DNA from: an uncultured Eubacteriales bacterium
Lineage (GTDB): Bacteria; Bacillota; Clostridia; Christensenellales; CALVMC01
DNA length: 64,000 bases
Direction of reading: 5' to 3'
Assembly (NCBI GenBank): GCA_949296455.1
Contig: CASFOZ010000002.1
Location: 7,574-71,573 of the forward strand
Positions 20,773 to 29,887 of this stretch are shown here, one piece after another. Position 1 is the stretch's first letter. The number at the start of each line of letters is the position of its first letter. The notes under the pieces are model-generated. The model had not been told where the DNA came from. It saw nothing but the letters and a program-made list of their open reading frames with translations, and did no database searches. The position numbers were made by a program, and so were the translations under genes.

Positions 20773-21954
20773 CTATCTGAAATATTGTATTAAAAGTTCG
20801 GCAACTGACACTGCTTGATTTTTAAAAGGTTTTTTTATTAAAGTTTTTTTATAAGAAATATTCATATCGGTATTTTCGAGCATTTCCAAATACTGTTTTA
20901 ATGTATACTTTTTAAATCTGTCAAAGCCTACAAAATTTAAAATAGGTTCGGTAAAAACGATGAGAGCATTTATAAAAGACTTTCTTGCCGAATAATCATT
21001 ATTCCATTTATTTTCCGAATTAAGATATGCTGTAATAATTTCGATATTTTCGTCGATATCGTCGCAAAGTGTAAGGGACAGAATTTTAGCGATTTCTTCA
21101 AAAAAACAAAAAGGAAGACTATCGGTCAATTTTTTTGCATTTTCTTCGTCGATATCGGTAATATAATAAAGTTTACCGCAATATCCGTTGAAAATTCTCA
21201 TCGTGTCCAGAAAGCCCATATTTATAGCGTTGTTGACGCTCTCGTTAGTAAAATTAAGTATACCGCCCGCTTTTGTAGTAGGACGAATATAAATGATATT
21301 GACGCTTTCGTCTTTTATTTTTTTAGGTCTTGCCGAAGGTCTGTTTCTTATAGCAATTATATTTTTGTAGCCTTTATCGATAACCATACTTATGGGAAGA
21401 TTATCGTATATGCCGCCGTCGAAAAATTTTTTATCGGAATTTTCATCGTTTTTAAATAAAGGAAGCATTCCGCTTGCCATAACATATTCGCAAAGTTCTC
21501 CTTTCGGAATATCTTCTTTATACAACTTTAAAACCTTCATATGTTTAAGGTCGACGGTTACAAGACCGAATTCTATATCGGATTTGCGAACCTTATCTTC
21601 GTCGACATACTCGTCGATAATATGGCGCATTCTCGAAATATCGATACCCTTATCCTTGATAATCTGTCCTATTTTTTTGAAAAGATAAAAAACCGTATCT
21701 TTATCAATATTAAGTCCGTAAAGATTTTTTACATATTGCTCTTCCATATCGAGAACTTTCGAAACTTCGATATTGCGCCAAAGTTCATAACTTCTTTCAA
21801 AATCCCCTTGCGCAAGCATAACCCCGTTAACTGCGCCTATCGAAGTTCCCGCAATACAACCGAACTCGATTTTGAGTTCTTTGAAAGCCATTATGGCTCC
21901 GGCCTGATAAGCCCCTTTAGCTCCGCCGCCTTCGAGAACAAGTCCCCACTTCAT
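20773..21954 (-). CDS. patatin-like phospholipase
   Basis: Oxyanion GGGAKGAYQAG, nucleophile elbow GTSIGA and catalytic DGG (FFDGGIYDNLP). An uncharacterised C-terminal domain of about 150 aa follows. Confidence 0.85.
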   Translation of the reverse strand: MKWGLVLEGGGAKGAYQAGAIMAFKELKIEFGCIAGTSIGAVNGVMLAQGDFERSYELWRNIEVSKVLDMEEQYVKNLYGLNIDKDTVFYLFKKIGQIIKDKGIDISRMRHIIDEYVDEDKVRKSDIEFGLVTVDLKHMKVLKLYKEDIPKGELCEYVMASGMLPLFKNDENSDKKFFDGGIYDNLPISMVIDKGYKNIIAIRNRPSARPKKIKDESVNIIYIRPTTKAGGILNFTNESVNNAINMGFLDTMRIFNGYCGKLYYITDIDEENAKKLTDSLPFCFFEEIAKILSLTLCDDIDENIEIITAYLNSENKWNNDYSARKSFINALIVFTEPILNFVGFDRFKKYTLKQYLEMLENTDMNISYKKTLIKKPFKNQAVSVAELLIQYFR

Positions 21955-21956
21955 GA

Positions 21957-22505
21957 TTATTTATCCAGAATCACAGACAAAAATTTTGCTTTCTTTCCCA
22001 TCGCCGTTTGAGAATGTGGAATGTTCGATTTAAAGATAGCGCTGTCGCCGGCATGAAGATAATATTCCTTTTCCCCGACGATAAGTCTTATACTGCCTTC
22101 GAGAACGTAATTAAATTCCTGACCGGTATGAGTTACGAGTTCCGGTTCGACATCCGGCGAAAGGTCCACGATCATCGGTTCTAATTTTCTGTTTGCAAAA
22201 TTGTAAGAAAGCGAAGTATAACTATACCCTTTATGACGGTTTACCTGTTTTCCTTTTCCTTCGTAAACTACGAAACAGTCATCGCAAGTGCTTTCGTTAC
22301 CGCTGAGAATAACCGAAGGGTCCACGCCGAGTTTTGCCGCAATATTGTAAAGAGCGCCTGCGGGAACCTCTTTTTTTCCCAGTTCGTAAGACTTGTACTC
22401 GCTAACGGGAATATCGACTGAACGAGCAAGTTCTTCTGCCGAAAGTTCGCTGAACTCTCTCAGTTCTTTTAATCTGCGTGCAATTTCCAAAGTTTCATTA
22501 TCCAT
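21957..22505 (-). CDS. XRE-family HTH regulator with C-terminal cupin domain
   Basis: N-terminal HTH_3-like region (LKELREFSELSAEELARSV) and a C-terminal cupin (HTGQEFNYVLEG...GD...F....PH). Confidence 0.85.
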   Translation of the reverse strand: MDNETLEIARRLKELREFSELSAEELARSVDIPVSEYKSYELGKKEVPAGALYNIAAKLGVDPSVILSGNESTCDDCFVVYEGKGKQVNRHKGYSYTSLSYNFANRKLEPMIVDLSPDVEPELVTHTGQEFNYVLEGSIRLIVGEKEYYLHAGDSAIFKSNIPHSQTAMGKKAKFLSVILDK

Positions 22506-22507
22506 AA

Positions 22508-24004
22508 TTAACCCCTTTTATCGTTTAAATAATCTAAAACCGCATTGAAAGCGTTATCTTTACTTATTACCTTTTTGAAACGAATATCAGCGTTTTTAAG
22601 GTCTTTTATATTATCCGGAATTTCGAGAGCGGAAAGAGAGTGAAGTTTTTTGACGGCTTTAAATGCGTCTTGTTCGTAAGCGCCGCCCCCTGCCGCTTTC
22701 AGCACATCGCTCGGGAATTTATAAGGACTTGCAGTTGAAACGATTACTGCGGGAACACTGTCGTCGTTATTTATCTCGTAATCGCTTTCCACGCTGCAAG
22801 CAACGGCAGTATGGGTATCGATAAGATATCCGTACTCTTCGAAATAATTAGCGATAGATTGTAAAGTTTCTTCCTCATTTGCGAAGCCTGCCGCAAAAAG
22901 ACCTTTGATTTTCGAAAGAATTTGAGAGTCTATCTGATATTTCCCTTTTTCCTTCAAATCTTTCATAAGTTCCGATATTTTTTTATCGTCTCCGTACAAA
23001 TCGAAAAGAAGTCTTTCGAGGTTGGAAGAAATGAGAATATCCATAGACGGTGAAATAGTTTTATGAAATTCTCTTTTGATATCGTATACGCCTTCGGTTA
23101 GAAAATCGGTCAGAATATTATTGATATTCGAAGCACAGATAAGTTTATTAATGGGAAGTCCCATTTTATATGCATAGTAAGCTGCAAGGATATTCCCGAA
23201 ATTGCCTGTCGGAACGGCAATATTTATTTTATCGGAAAACTTTATTTTTCCGCTTGAAAGAAGGTCTGCATAAACCGAAATGTAATAAGCAATCTGAGGT
23301 GCAAGTCTGCCCCAGTTTATCGAGTTAGCAGAAGAAAGAGAATATCCTCTGTCTTTAATAGCCTTAATACAATCTTTATCGGTAAATATTTTTTTAACTG
23401 CATTTTGAGCATCGTCGAAATTGCCGTTAATTCCGAAGACCGAAACATTGTTTCCTTTTTGGGTGGTCATTTGAAGTTTCTGCATTTCGGAAACCCCTTC
23501 GTTTGGATAGAAAACGATAATATCCACGCCTTCGACGTCTTTAAAGCCTTCGAGAGCGGCCTTCCCCGTATCGCCTGAAGTTGCAACGAGAATCAAAGTT
23601 TTGTCGTCGTGGCCGATTTTTTTTCTCGACGCTGTAAGAAGATAAGGTAAAACGGTAAGTGCCATATCTTTAAAAGCAAGAGTGGGACCGTGCCACAGTT
23701 CGAGTATAAAAAGGTTTTCGTCTATTTCGACAAGCGGACAAGGGTCGTTTAAATCGTCGAAACGGGAATAAGCTTTTGTCGTTATATCGAGAAGTTCCTC
23801 TTCGGAAAAGTCGTCCATAAGAAGAGAAAGGACATAAGCCGCTCTGTGCGGATAATCGGTTTCGGAAAGTTTTCTGAAGGTTTCTTCGTTTAAAACGGGA
23901 AAACTTTCGGGAACGAACAATCCGCCTTCGTCCGAAATACCTTTAACGATTACCTCGGAAGCGGAAAACCTTAATTTTTTATTTCTTGTACTTAAATATT
24001 TCAT
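22508..24004 (-). CDS. thrC: threonine synthase
   Basis: MKYLSTR start, PLP lysine motif PTLAFKD and SSGNFG-like PTGNFGN. Confidence 0.9.
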   Translation of the reverse strand: MKYLSTRNKKLRFSASEVIVKGISDEGGLFVPESFPVLNEETFRKLSETDYPHRAAYVLSLLMDDFSEEELLDITTKAYSRFDDLNDPCPLVEIDENLFILELWHGPTLAFKDMALTVLPYLLTASRKKIGHDDKTLILVATSGDTGKAALEGFKDVEGVDIIVFYPNEGVSEMQKLQMTTQKGNNVSVFGINGNFDDAQNAVKKIFTDKDCIKAIKDRGYSLSSANSINWGRLAPQIAYYISVYADLLSSGKIKFSDKINIAVPTGNFGNILAAYYAYKMGLPINKLICASNINNILTDFLTEGVYDIKREFHKTISPSMDILISSNLERLLFDLYGDDKKISELMKDLKEKGKYQIDSQILSKIKGLFAAGFANEEETLQSIANYFEEYGYLIDTHTAVACSVESDYEINNDDSVPAVIVSTASPYKFPSDVLKAAGGGAYEQDAFKAVKKLHSLSALEIPDNIKDLKNADIRFKKVISKDNAFNAVLDYLNDKRG

Positions 24005-25401
24005 ATTAATTTCTCCGACAATGCAAGTATGTGTTTAAAGAATTTACTGTCGACATTATGCAAAATGGTTTCGAGTTCGTCGTCACCCATAACTGTGTTT
24101 CTGCCTTCCTCGTATTCTTTGTCGATAACGTCTTTCATGGCTTTGAGCACGGGGTGAGTTTTTGGAATTCTCTCTTCTTCTGAAAGGTCGTAATATTCGT
24201 TTATCCAGTAAGCGAGTCCTGCAATACCGCTGTGCTTATCGATAGCGACCATGGGTTTTCTTTTAAGAATTTTTTCGGTATTGAAAATATTGTAAATTTC
24301 CGGGTCTTTAAGCATACCGTCCGCATGGATACCTGCTCTTGTCGAATTGAAAGCGCGCCCGACAAACGGAGTACGGGGCGGAATAACATAATCTATTTCT
24401 TTTTCGAAATACTCGGCAATATCCGTAATAACCGAAAGGTCCATACCGTCGGTGGTGCCGTGAAGAGAAACATATTCCATAACCATAGCTTCGAGGGGGC
24501 AATTGCCCGTTCTCTCGCCAATTCCGAGAAGAGAACAGTTGACTGCGCCGCAGCCGTAAAGCCAAGCGGTGGCGGCATTGGTGACCACTTTATAAAAATC
24601 GTTATGGCCGTGCCATTCGAGTTGCTTTGAAGGAACTTCCGCATAATGACGAAGTCCGTAAATAATGCCCTGCACGCTTCTCGGAAGACTTGTTCCGGGA
24701 TAACTTACTCCGAAGCCCAAAGTATCGCAAGCCCTGATTTTTATGGGAATACCGCTTTCTTTGGAAAGCTTCATAAGTTCCAGAGCAAAAGGAACTACAA
24801 AGCCGTAGAAGTCGGCTCTTGTAATATCTTCGAAATGGCATCTCGGAACAATATTTTTATCGAGCGCCATTTTGACAATGGCAAGGTATTTATCGAGAGC
24901 CTTTTTTCTGTCGAGACCCATTTTCTTGAATATATGAAAATCCGAACAGCTGACGAGAATACCCGTTTCCTTTATTTCCATTTCCTTAACGATTTCGAAA
25001 TCCTTTTCGTTTGCTCTTATCCAAGCGGTAACTTCGGGAAAATCGAGTCCTAATTCCTTACATTTTCTTACCGCTTCTTTGTCTTTTTCGGAATACACAA
25101 AAAATTCGGACTGTCTTACTATACCTTTCGGACCGCTCAGTTTTGAAAGCATTTTGAATATATCAACTATCTGTTTTACCGAATAAGGCGAAGTTGACTG
25201 CTGCCCGTCTCTGAAAGTAGTATCCGTGATAACGACATCTCTGTGAAAATCCATGGGAGTCTGCCTGAAATTGAAAGAAGTTTTGGGGATACTGTCATAG
25301 TCGAACATTTCTCTGAAAAAATTGGGTTTTTTAACATTTTGAAGTTCGTACTTATAAGTATCTTCGAGTAAAAGATGTGTTTGCTTATTGTATTTAATCA
25401 T
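24001..25401 (-). CDS. isopropylmalate/homocitrate synthase family (HMGL-like) enzyme; possible Re-citrate synthase
   Basis: The motif TTFRDGQQS opens the HMGL-like TIM barrel, and HGHNDFY supplies the metal site. At about 466 aa it has no LeuA regulatory domain. Its stop overlaps the thrC start (ATGA). Confidence 0.7.
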   Translation of the reverse strand: MIKYNKQTHLLLEDTYKYELQNVKKPNFFREMFDYDSIPKTSFNFRQTPMDFHRDVVITDTTFRDGQQSTSPYSVKQIVDIFKMLSKLSGPKGIVRQSEFFVYSEKDKEAVRKCKELGLDFPEVTAWIRANEKDFEIVKEMEIKETGILVSCSDFHIFKKMGLDRKKALDKYLAIVKMALDKNIVPRCHFEDITRADFYGFVVPFALELMKLSKESGIPIKIRACDTLGFGVSYPGTSLPRSVQGIIYGLRHYAEVPSKQLEWHGHNDFYKVVTNAATAWLYGCGAVNCSLLGIGERTGNCPLEAMVMEYVSLHGTTDGMDLSVITDIAEYFEKEIDYVIPPRTPFVGRAFNSTRAGIHADGMLKDPEIYNIFNTEKILKRKPMVAIDKHSGIAGLAYWINEYYDLSEEERIPKTHPVLKAMKDVIDKEYEEGRNTVMGDDELETILHNVDSKFFKHILALSEKLI

Positions 25402-25453
25402 AAGACTCCTCCTTGATTTATTGTAACATCGATTAATACCTTTTGCAATTAAA

Positions 25454-26524
25454 TTAAAGTTCCTGATTTGAAAGCAAAGCGTTCTGACCTTCGATTTGAA
25501 GGGCTTCTATCATTGCTTCTATATCTCCTTCCATAAAAGAAGGAAGAGAATATAAAGTCAGTCCTATTCTGTGATCGGTAACCCTTCCTTGCGGAAAGTT
25601 ATAGGTTCTTATACGCTCCGACCTGTCGCCTGTTCCGACCTGATTTTTACGGTTGTCTGCGTACTGCTTATCGCTTTGCGACTGATAGAAATCGTATACT
25701 TTACTTTTAAGGACTTTCATGGCTCTTTCTCTGTTTTTGATTTGAGACCTTTCGTCCTGACTTGTTACCACGATACCCGTGGGAAAATGAGTTATACGGA
25801 TAGCCGACTCTGTCTTATTGACATGCTGACCGCCCGCCCCGCTGCTTCTGTAAGTATCGATTTTGATATCCTTGTCGAGAATTTCCACTTCGACATCTTC
25901 GACTTCGGGAAGCACGGCAACGGTTACCGTCGAAGTATGAACTCTGCCCTGCGATTCGGTTTCGGGAACTCGCTGAACTCTGTGTACTCCGCTTTCGTAT
26001 TTGAGTTTACTGTAAACGCCTTTACCTGAAATAAGTACAACGCCCTCTTTAAGACTACCGAGTTCATTTTCGTTCATATCGATAACTTCTACCTTCCACT
26101 TCATATTTTCCGCATAACGCATATACATTCTCATAAGTTCGTTTGCAAAAAGTCCCGCCTCGTCTCCGCCGGCTCCCGCCCTGATTTCGAGAACCACGTT
26201 TTTTTTGTCGTTAGGGTCTTGCGGAAGAAGAAGTATTTTAAGTTCTTCCGTCAGTTTCTCTATTTTTTTCTGACAGTCTTTATATTCTTCGGAAGCAAGT
26301 TCTTTGAGTTCGTTATCTTTTTCGTTGTTCATAATATCGGAACATTCGTCCATATTTTTTTTGACTTTCAGATATTCCTTATACTTATCTGCCTTTTCCG
26401 TAAGATCGGATTGTTCTTTGACATAAGATTGCCAGAGAGTTTGATTGGCAATAATTTCGGGCTTTGAAATAAGCTCGTTCAACTCTTCATATCTTTTTAA
26501 AACTGCGTCAAGTTTATCAAACAT
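25454..26524 (-). CDS. prfA: peptide chain release factor 1
   Basis: GGQ motif SGAGGQHVNKTESA and a PxT-type decoding region (RVQRVPETESQGRVHTS). Confidence 0.95.
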   Translation of the reverse strand: MFDKLDAVLKRYEELNELISKPEIIANQTLWQSYVKEQSDLTEKADKYKEYLKVKKNMDECSDIMNNEKDNELKELASEEYKDCQKKIEKLTEELKILLLPQDPNDKKNVVLEIRAGAGGDEAGLFANELMRMYMRYAENMKWKVEVIDMNENELGSLKEGVVLISGKGVYSKLKYESGVHRVQRVPETESQGRVHTSTVTVAVLPEVEDVEVEILDKDIKIDTYRSSGAGGQHVNKTESAIRITHFPTGIVVTSQDERSQIKNRERAMKVLKSKVYDFYQSQSDKQYADNRKNQVGTGDRSERIRTYNFPQGRVTDHRIGLTLYSLPSFMEGDIEAMIEALQIEGQNALLSNQEL

Positions 26525-26525
26525 T

Positions 26526-28364
26526 TTAACCTCTTTTTAGCACTGCAATCCTTAAAATGCCGCTATAATCCTCTGAAAATTCAATATTTTTATATTTTTC
26601 GCCGAACAAAGAAATTATATCTTCGCTTTGTCCCGCTCCGATTTCGAGAACGAGAATGCCTTTATCGGTGAGAAATTCATCGCTGTTTTGAACTAAAATT
26701 CTGTAATAATCCAAACCGTCCGCACCGCCGTCAAGAGCATTCAAAGGTTCTTTTTTGACCTCTTCCTGTAAACCTTTTATATCCTCCGATTTGATATAAG
26801 GCGGATTACAGAAAATTATATCGAATTTTTTTCCTTTTAATTTTTCGAACATATCGCTTTTTATGAACTTTATTTCGGCGTCGTTGAGTTTAGCGTTTTT
26901 CCTTGCTTTTTTAATTGCTTTCGAAGAAATATCGGAAGCAGTAACACTAAGGTCAGGCAGCTGTTTTTTGAAAGCTATTGCCGCAGCGCCGCTGCCGGTA
27001 CATAAATCGAGAAGGGATTTTGCATTTATATCCTTACAGATATTCAAAGCTTTTTCTACCGCAAGTTCGGTTTCGGGACGAGGAATAAGAACACTTTCGT
27101 CAACATTTATCCGATAGCCGTAAAACTCAGTGTAACCTAAAATATATTGCAAAGGTTTTCCTAAAGACTTTTCCTTTGCCATAAAATATGCTCTGTTGTG
27201 CTGTATTAAAGTTACTGTAAGAAGTGTTGAAAGTTCCTGTCTTTTAAGTCCGGTTACTTCGCAGAAAATCCAATCGGTATCGGAATCTTCCTTAACTAAC
27301 TCTTTAATCATTTCACGGCTTTTCGAATACTCGACGGGGTCTGAAAAACTGGTTGTTTCTATCTGAGGATTTTCGTCGAGTTCGAGCACCGTTTTAAAGG
27401 CTTTTATAGCAACTTCGACCATTTCGTCGGTCGGCTGTTTTGTAGTAAGTTTTTGAAGCCATAATCCCGGCGCCTTTAAAATTCTGACGAAAAGATTATC
27501 GAACCTTGCAAGGAATTTAAGAATCTCGTAAGAAATTCCCGCAACGAGAGGCAAAAGGGCAAGTCTTATAATGACTCTGAGCCAAAGACTTTCCTGCCAC
27601 CCTGCAATAAGAGAAAAAAGAAGAATACTTATAACAAGAACGATAAAAGTAAATGTAGTACCGCATCTGTCGTGAACGGTTGACATTTTTTGGGCGTTTT
27701 CAACGGTAAGTTCTAAATTGTGTTCGTAACACGAAATGGTCTTATGCTCTGCGCCGTGATACATAAAGGTTCTTTTAATATCTTTCATAAAAGAAATACT
27801 GACGATATAAACAATGAAAATAATCATTCTTATTACGCCTTCGCAAAGATTTTTATAAATTGCGTGAGCATGATATAAAGCGTCTATTTCAAACAGTAAC
27901 GAGGTAAGATAATTAGGCAAAATAACAAAAAGAGCAATGGCAATGGCAAGTCCTAAAAGTACTGAAATAATCGTAATAAGCGTCGTTGCGCTGATTTTTA
28001 GTTTTTTTGAAACAAACTTTTCGAATTTACTTGGCTCTTCCTGAATATCCGCCCCGTAAACTTCCGCAGAGCGCATCATATCGGAAATGCCGGTAAAAAG
28101 CGACATAAAAAAACTGATAACCCCTCTTATAATAGGAATTCTGAAAATAATATTTTTTTCTTTAACGCTTTTATGCCTCGAACTTTCGACAACTATCGTA
28201 CCGTCCGGCGAACGAACGGCAATAGCCTTGCTTCTGTTGCCTCTCATCATAACGCCTTCGAGAACTGCCTGACCGCCAATATTACTGCAAAACTTTTTTG
28301 TTTTTTTAGTTTTGTCTTTTTTAAGTTTATTATTAACGGTATTTTCCTTTTGCTCTGCTTCCAT
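26526..28364 (-). CDS. prmC: fusion protein: DUF1385 (YqhQ-like membrane protein) plus release-factor glutamine N5-methyltransferase PrmC
   Basis: The N-terminal half has GGQAVLEGVMMRG and multiple TM segments (DUF1385). The C-terminal half has the SAM motif LDLCTGSGAAAIA and the catalytic NPPY. The reading frame is continuous. The likely start is MEAEQKEN at 28364, because the ORF-track start at 28496 overlaps rpmE. Confidence 0.8.
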   Translation of the reverse strand: MEAEQKENTVNNKLKKDKTKKTKKFCSNIGGQAVLEGVMMRGNRSKAIAVRSPDGTIVVESSRHKSVKEKNIIFRIPIIRGVISFFMSLFTGISDMMRSAEVYGADIQEEPSKFEKFVSKKLKISATTLITIISVLLGLAIAIALFVILPNYLTSLLFEIDALYHAHAIYKNLCEGVIRMIIFIVYIVSISFMKDIKRTFMYHGAEHKTISCYEHNLELTVENAQKMSTVHDRCGTTFTFIVLVISILLFSLIAGWQESLWLRVIIRLALLPLVAGISYEILKFLARFDNLFVRILKAPGLWLQKLTTKQPTDEMVEVAIKAFKTVLELDENPQIETTSFSDPVEYSKSREMIKELVKEDSDTDWIFCEVTGLKRQELSTLLTVTLIQHNRAYFMAKEKSLGKPLQYILGYTEFYGYRINVDESVLIPRPETELAVEKALNICKDINAKSLLDLCTGSGAAAIAFKKQLPDLSVTASDISSKAIKKARKNAKLNDAEIKFIKSDMFEKLKGKKFDIIFCNPPYIKSEDIKGLQEEVKKEPLNALDGGADGLDYYRILVQNSDEFLTDKGILVLEIGAGQSEDIISLFGEKYKNIEFSEDYSGILRIAVLKRG

Positions 28365-28440
28365 ATACGGTATATATCCTTTAAAAAATAAATTGCTAAA
28401 CTTATTTAAGCTTAGCAATCGAAACGGCTTATAGACGATT

Positions 28441-28647
28441 TCAATTAAGATTGAAACGTTTTTTGAATTTATCGACTCTGCCGCCCGTATCGACAAGTTT
28501 CTGTTTACCCGTAAAGTACGGATGACATTTATTGCATATATCGACTTTTATAAGGTCGGTATTTTTGGTTGTACCCATCATAAAAGTTTCACCGCAGGCA
28601 CAAACTACTTTAACCTGTCTGTATTCGGGATGAATATCCTTTTTCAT
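28441..28647 (-). CDS. rpmE: 50S ribosomal protein L31 (Zn-ribbon type)
   Basis: MKKDIHPEY start, CxC...CxxC cysteines and HPYFTGKQK. Confidence 0.95.
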   Translation of the reverse strand: MKKDIHPEYRQVKVVCACGETFMMGTTKNTDLIKVDICNKCHPYFTGKQKLVDTGGRVDKFKKRFNLN

Positions 28648-28843
28648 TTATATCACCTCTTAAATTTTACAATCGTTAGTTACTTTAACAGTATAAATAT
28701 TTTTAATAATTAAGTCAAATAATTTTAACTTATTTTTTATATATTATTGCCGATATATAATAATAACAAACAAAATAGAATAAATAACGCCTTTACAACG
28801 GAAAATCAGTATGATATAATAAATAATCAATTAAGGAGACTTT

Positions 28844-29848
28844 ATGAAAACCTGGAAAATCACCGCACCGAAAACATTTGAACTTGTCGACGACGATACT
28901 ATACTTACAAAAGGATATATAAAAGTAAAAATAAAGTATACTTTTTTTTCTTCGACCGATGTAATGGTATATAATAATACTGCGGACATTAAATATCCTA
29001 TAACGCCGTGCAGAATGGCCGTGGGCGTCGTATCGGAAGTATTCAGCGAATGCGGTTTCGAAATGGGACAACGGGTAGTACTTACCCCGTATGTGGATTT
29101 ATCGACGAATCCTTTGGAAAAGAAGGAAAAAATCAGAAAGAACATAGACGTAATGGGTTTTAACCGCAACGGATTTCTTGCCGATTATGTAATAGTTCCC
29201 CTTGAAAATGTAACCGCCCTGCCCGAAGGAATCAGCGATACGAGCGCATTATTTATAGAATATATAGCGATAGCGTCAAAGACATACGATGTACTTGAAA
29301 TGTGCAAAAAGCAGTATGTTGCAATACTTGGCGGAAATATACAAGGCAATATCTTCGCACAGCTTTCAATGTACCATCAATGCATACCTATCCTTATAGA
29401 CGGGGACGAAAACAAGCTCAATCTTGCGCAGGATAACGGAATATATTATACAATAAACAGCAGTAAAGAAAATGTGGTAAGGAGTGTTTTGGAAATAACA
29501 GGCGGACAAATGGCCGACCATTGTATTTATAATTATTCCGACACGCAGAATGTATCAGATATATTAAAACTTACAAAAAAATGCGGTAAGATAGGAATAA
29601 TAGGATACGCCCACGATAAAATAGATATGCATGTAGATATGAGTCCGGTACTTGACAATCAACTTACGATATTCGGTATAAGCAACGGATATAAGGAAAA
29701 ATTAACGGCAATAAATTTATTACAGAATAAAGCAATACTTGTCGATAATTTTATTGGAGAAACGGTAGGACTGCTCGACGCCCCGATGGAATTTAAAAAA
29801 TTCGACTCCGAATATTGCAGATTTAAAAAGGTAATAGTAAGCTGTTAA
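28844..29848 (+). CDS. medium-chain dehydrogenase/reductase (zinc-ADH fold) family protein with degenerate active-site motifs
   Basis: GroES-like N-terminus and Rossmann C-terminus. The GHE and Cys zinc ligands and the GxGxxG motif appear to be substituted (see findings). Confidence 0.6.
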   Translation: MKTWKITAPKTFELVDDDTILTKGYIKVKIKYTFFSSTDVMVYNNTADIKYPITPCRMAVGVVSEVFSECGFEMGQRVVLTPYVDLSTNPLEKKEKIRKNIDVMGFNRNGFLADYVIVPLENVTALPEGISDTSALFIEYIAIASKTYDVLEMCKKQYVAILGGNIQGNIFAQLSMYHQCIPILIDGDENKLNLAQDNGIYYTINSSKENVVRSVLEITGGQMADHCIYNYSDTQNVSDILKLTKKCGKIGIIGYAHDKIDMHVDMSPVLDNQLTIFGISNGYKEKLTAINLLQNKAILVDNFIGETVGLLDAPMEFKKFDSEYCRFKKVIVSC

Positions 29849-29887
29849 ATCGATTGAAAAAATTTAAACAACAAATATGTTGAAAGA

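Noticed and set aside
26526-28496. N-terminal extensions in several ORF-track entries (for example 28365-28496, 51752-51805, 42937-42975, 57256-57306, 1191-1220)
   Set aside because: The extensions overlap upstream genes or lack an RBS, while internal ATGs have good Shine-Dalgarno sequences. The starts were therefore moved downstream.
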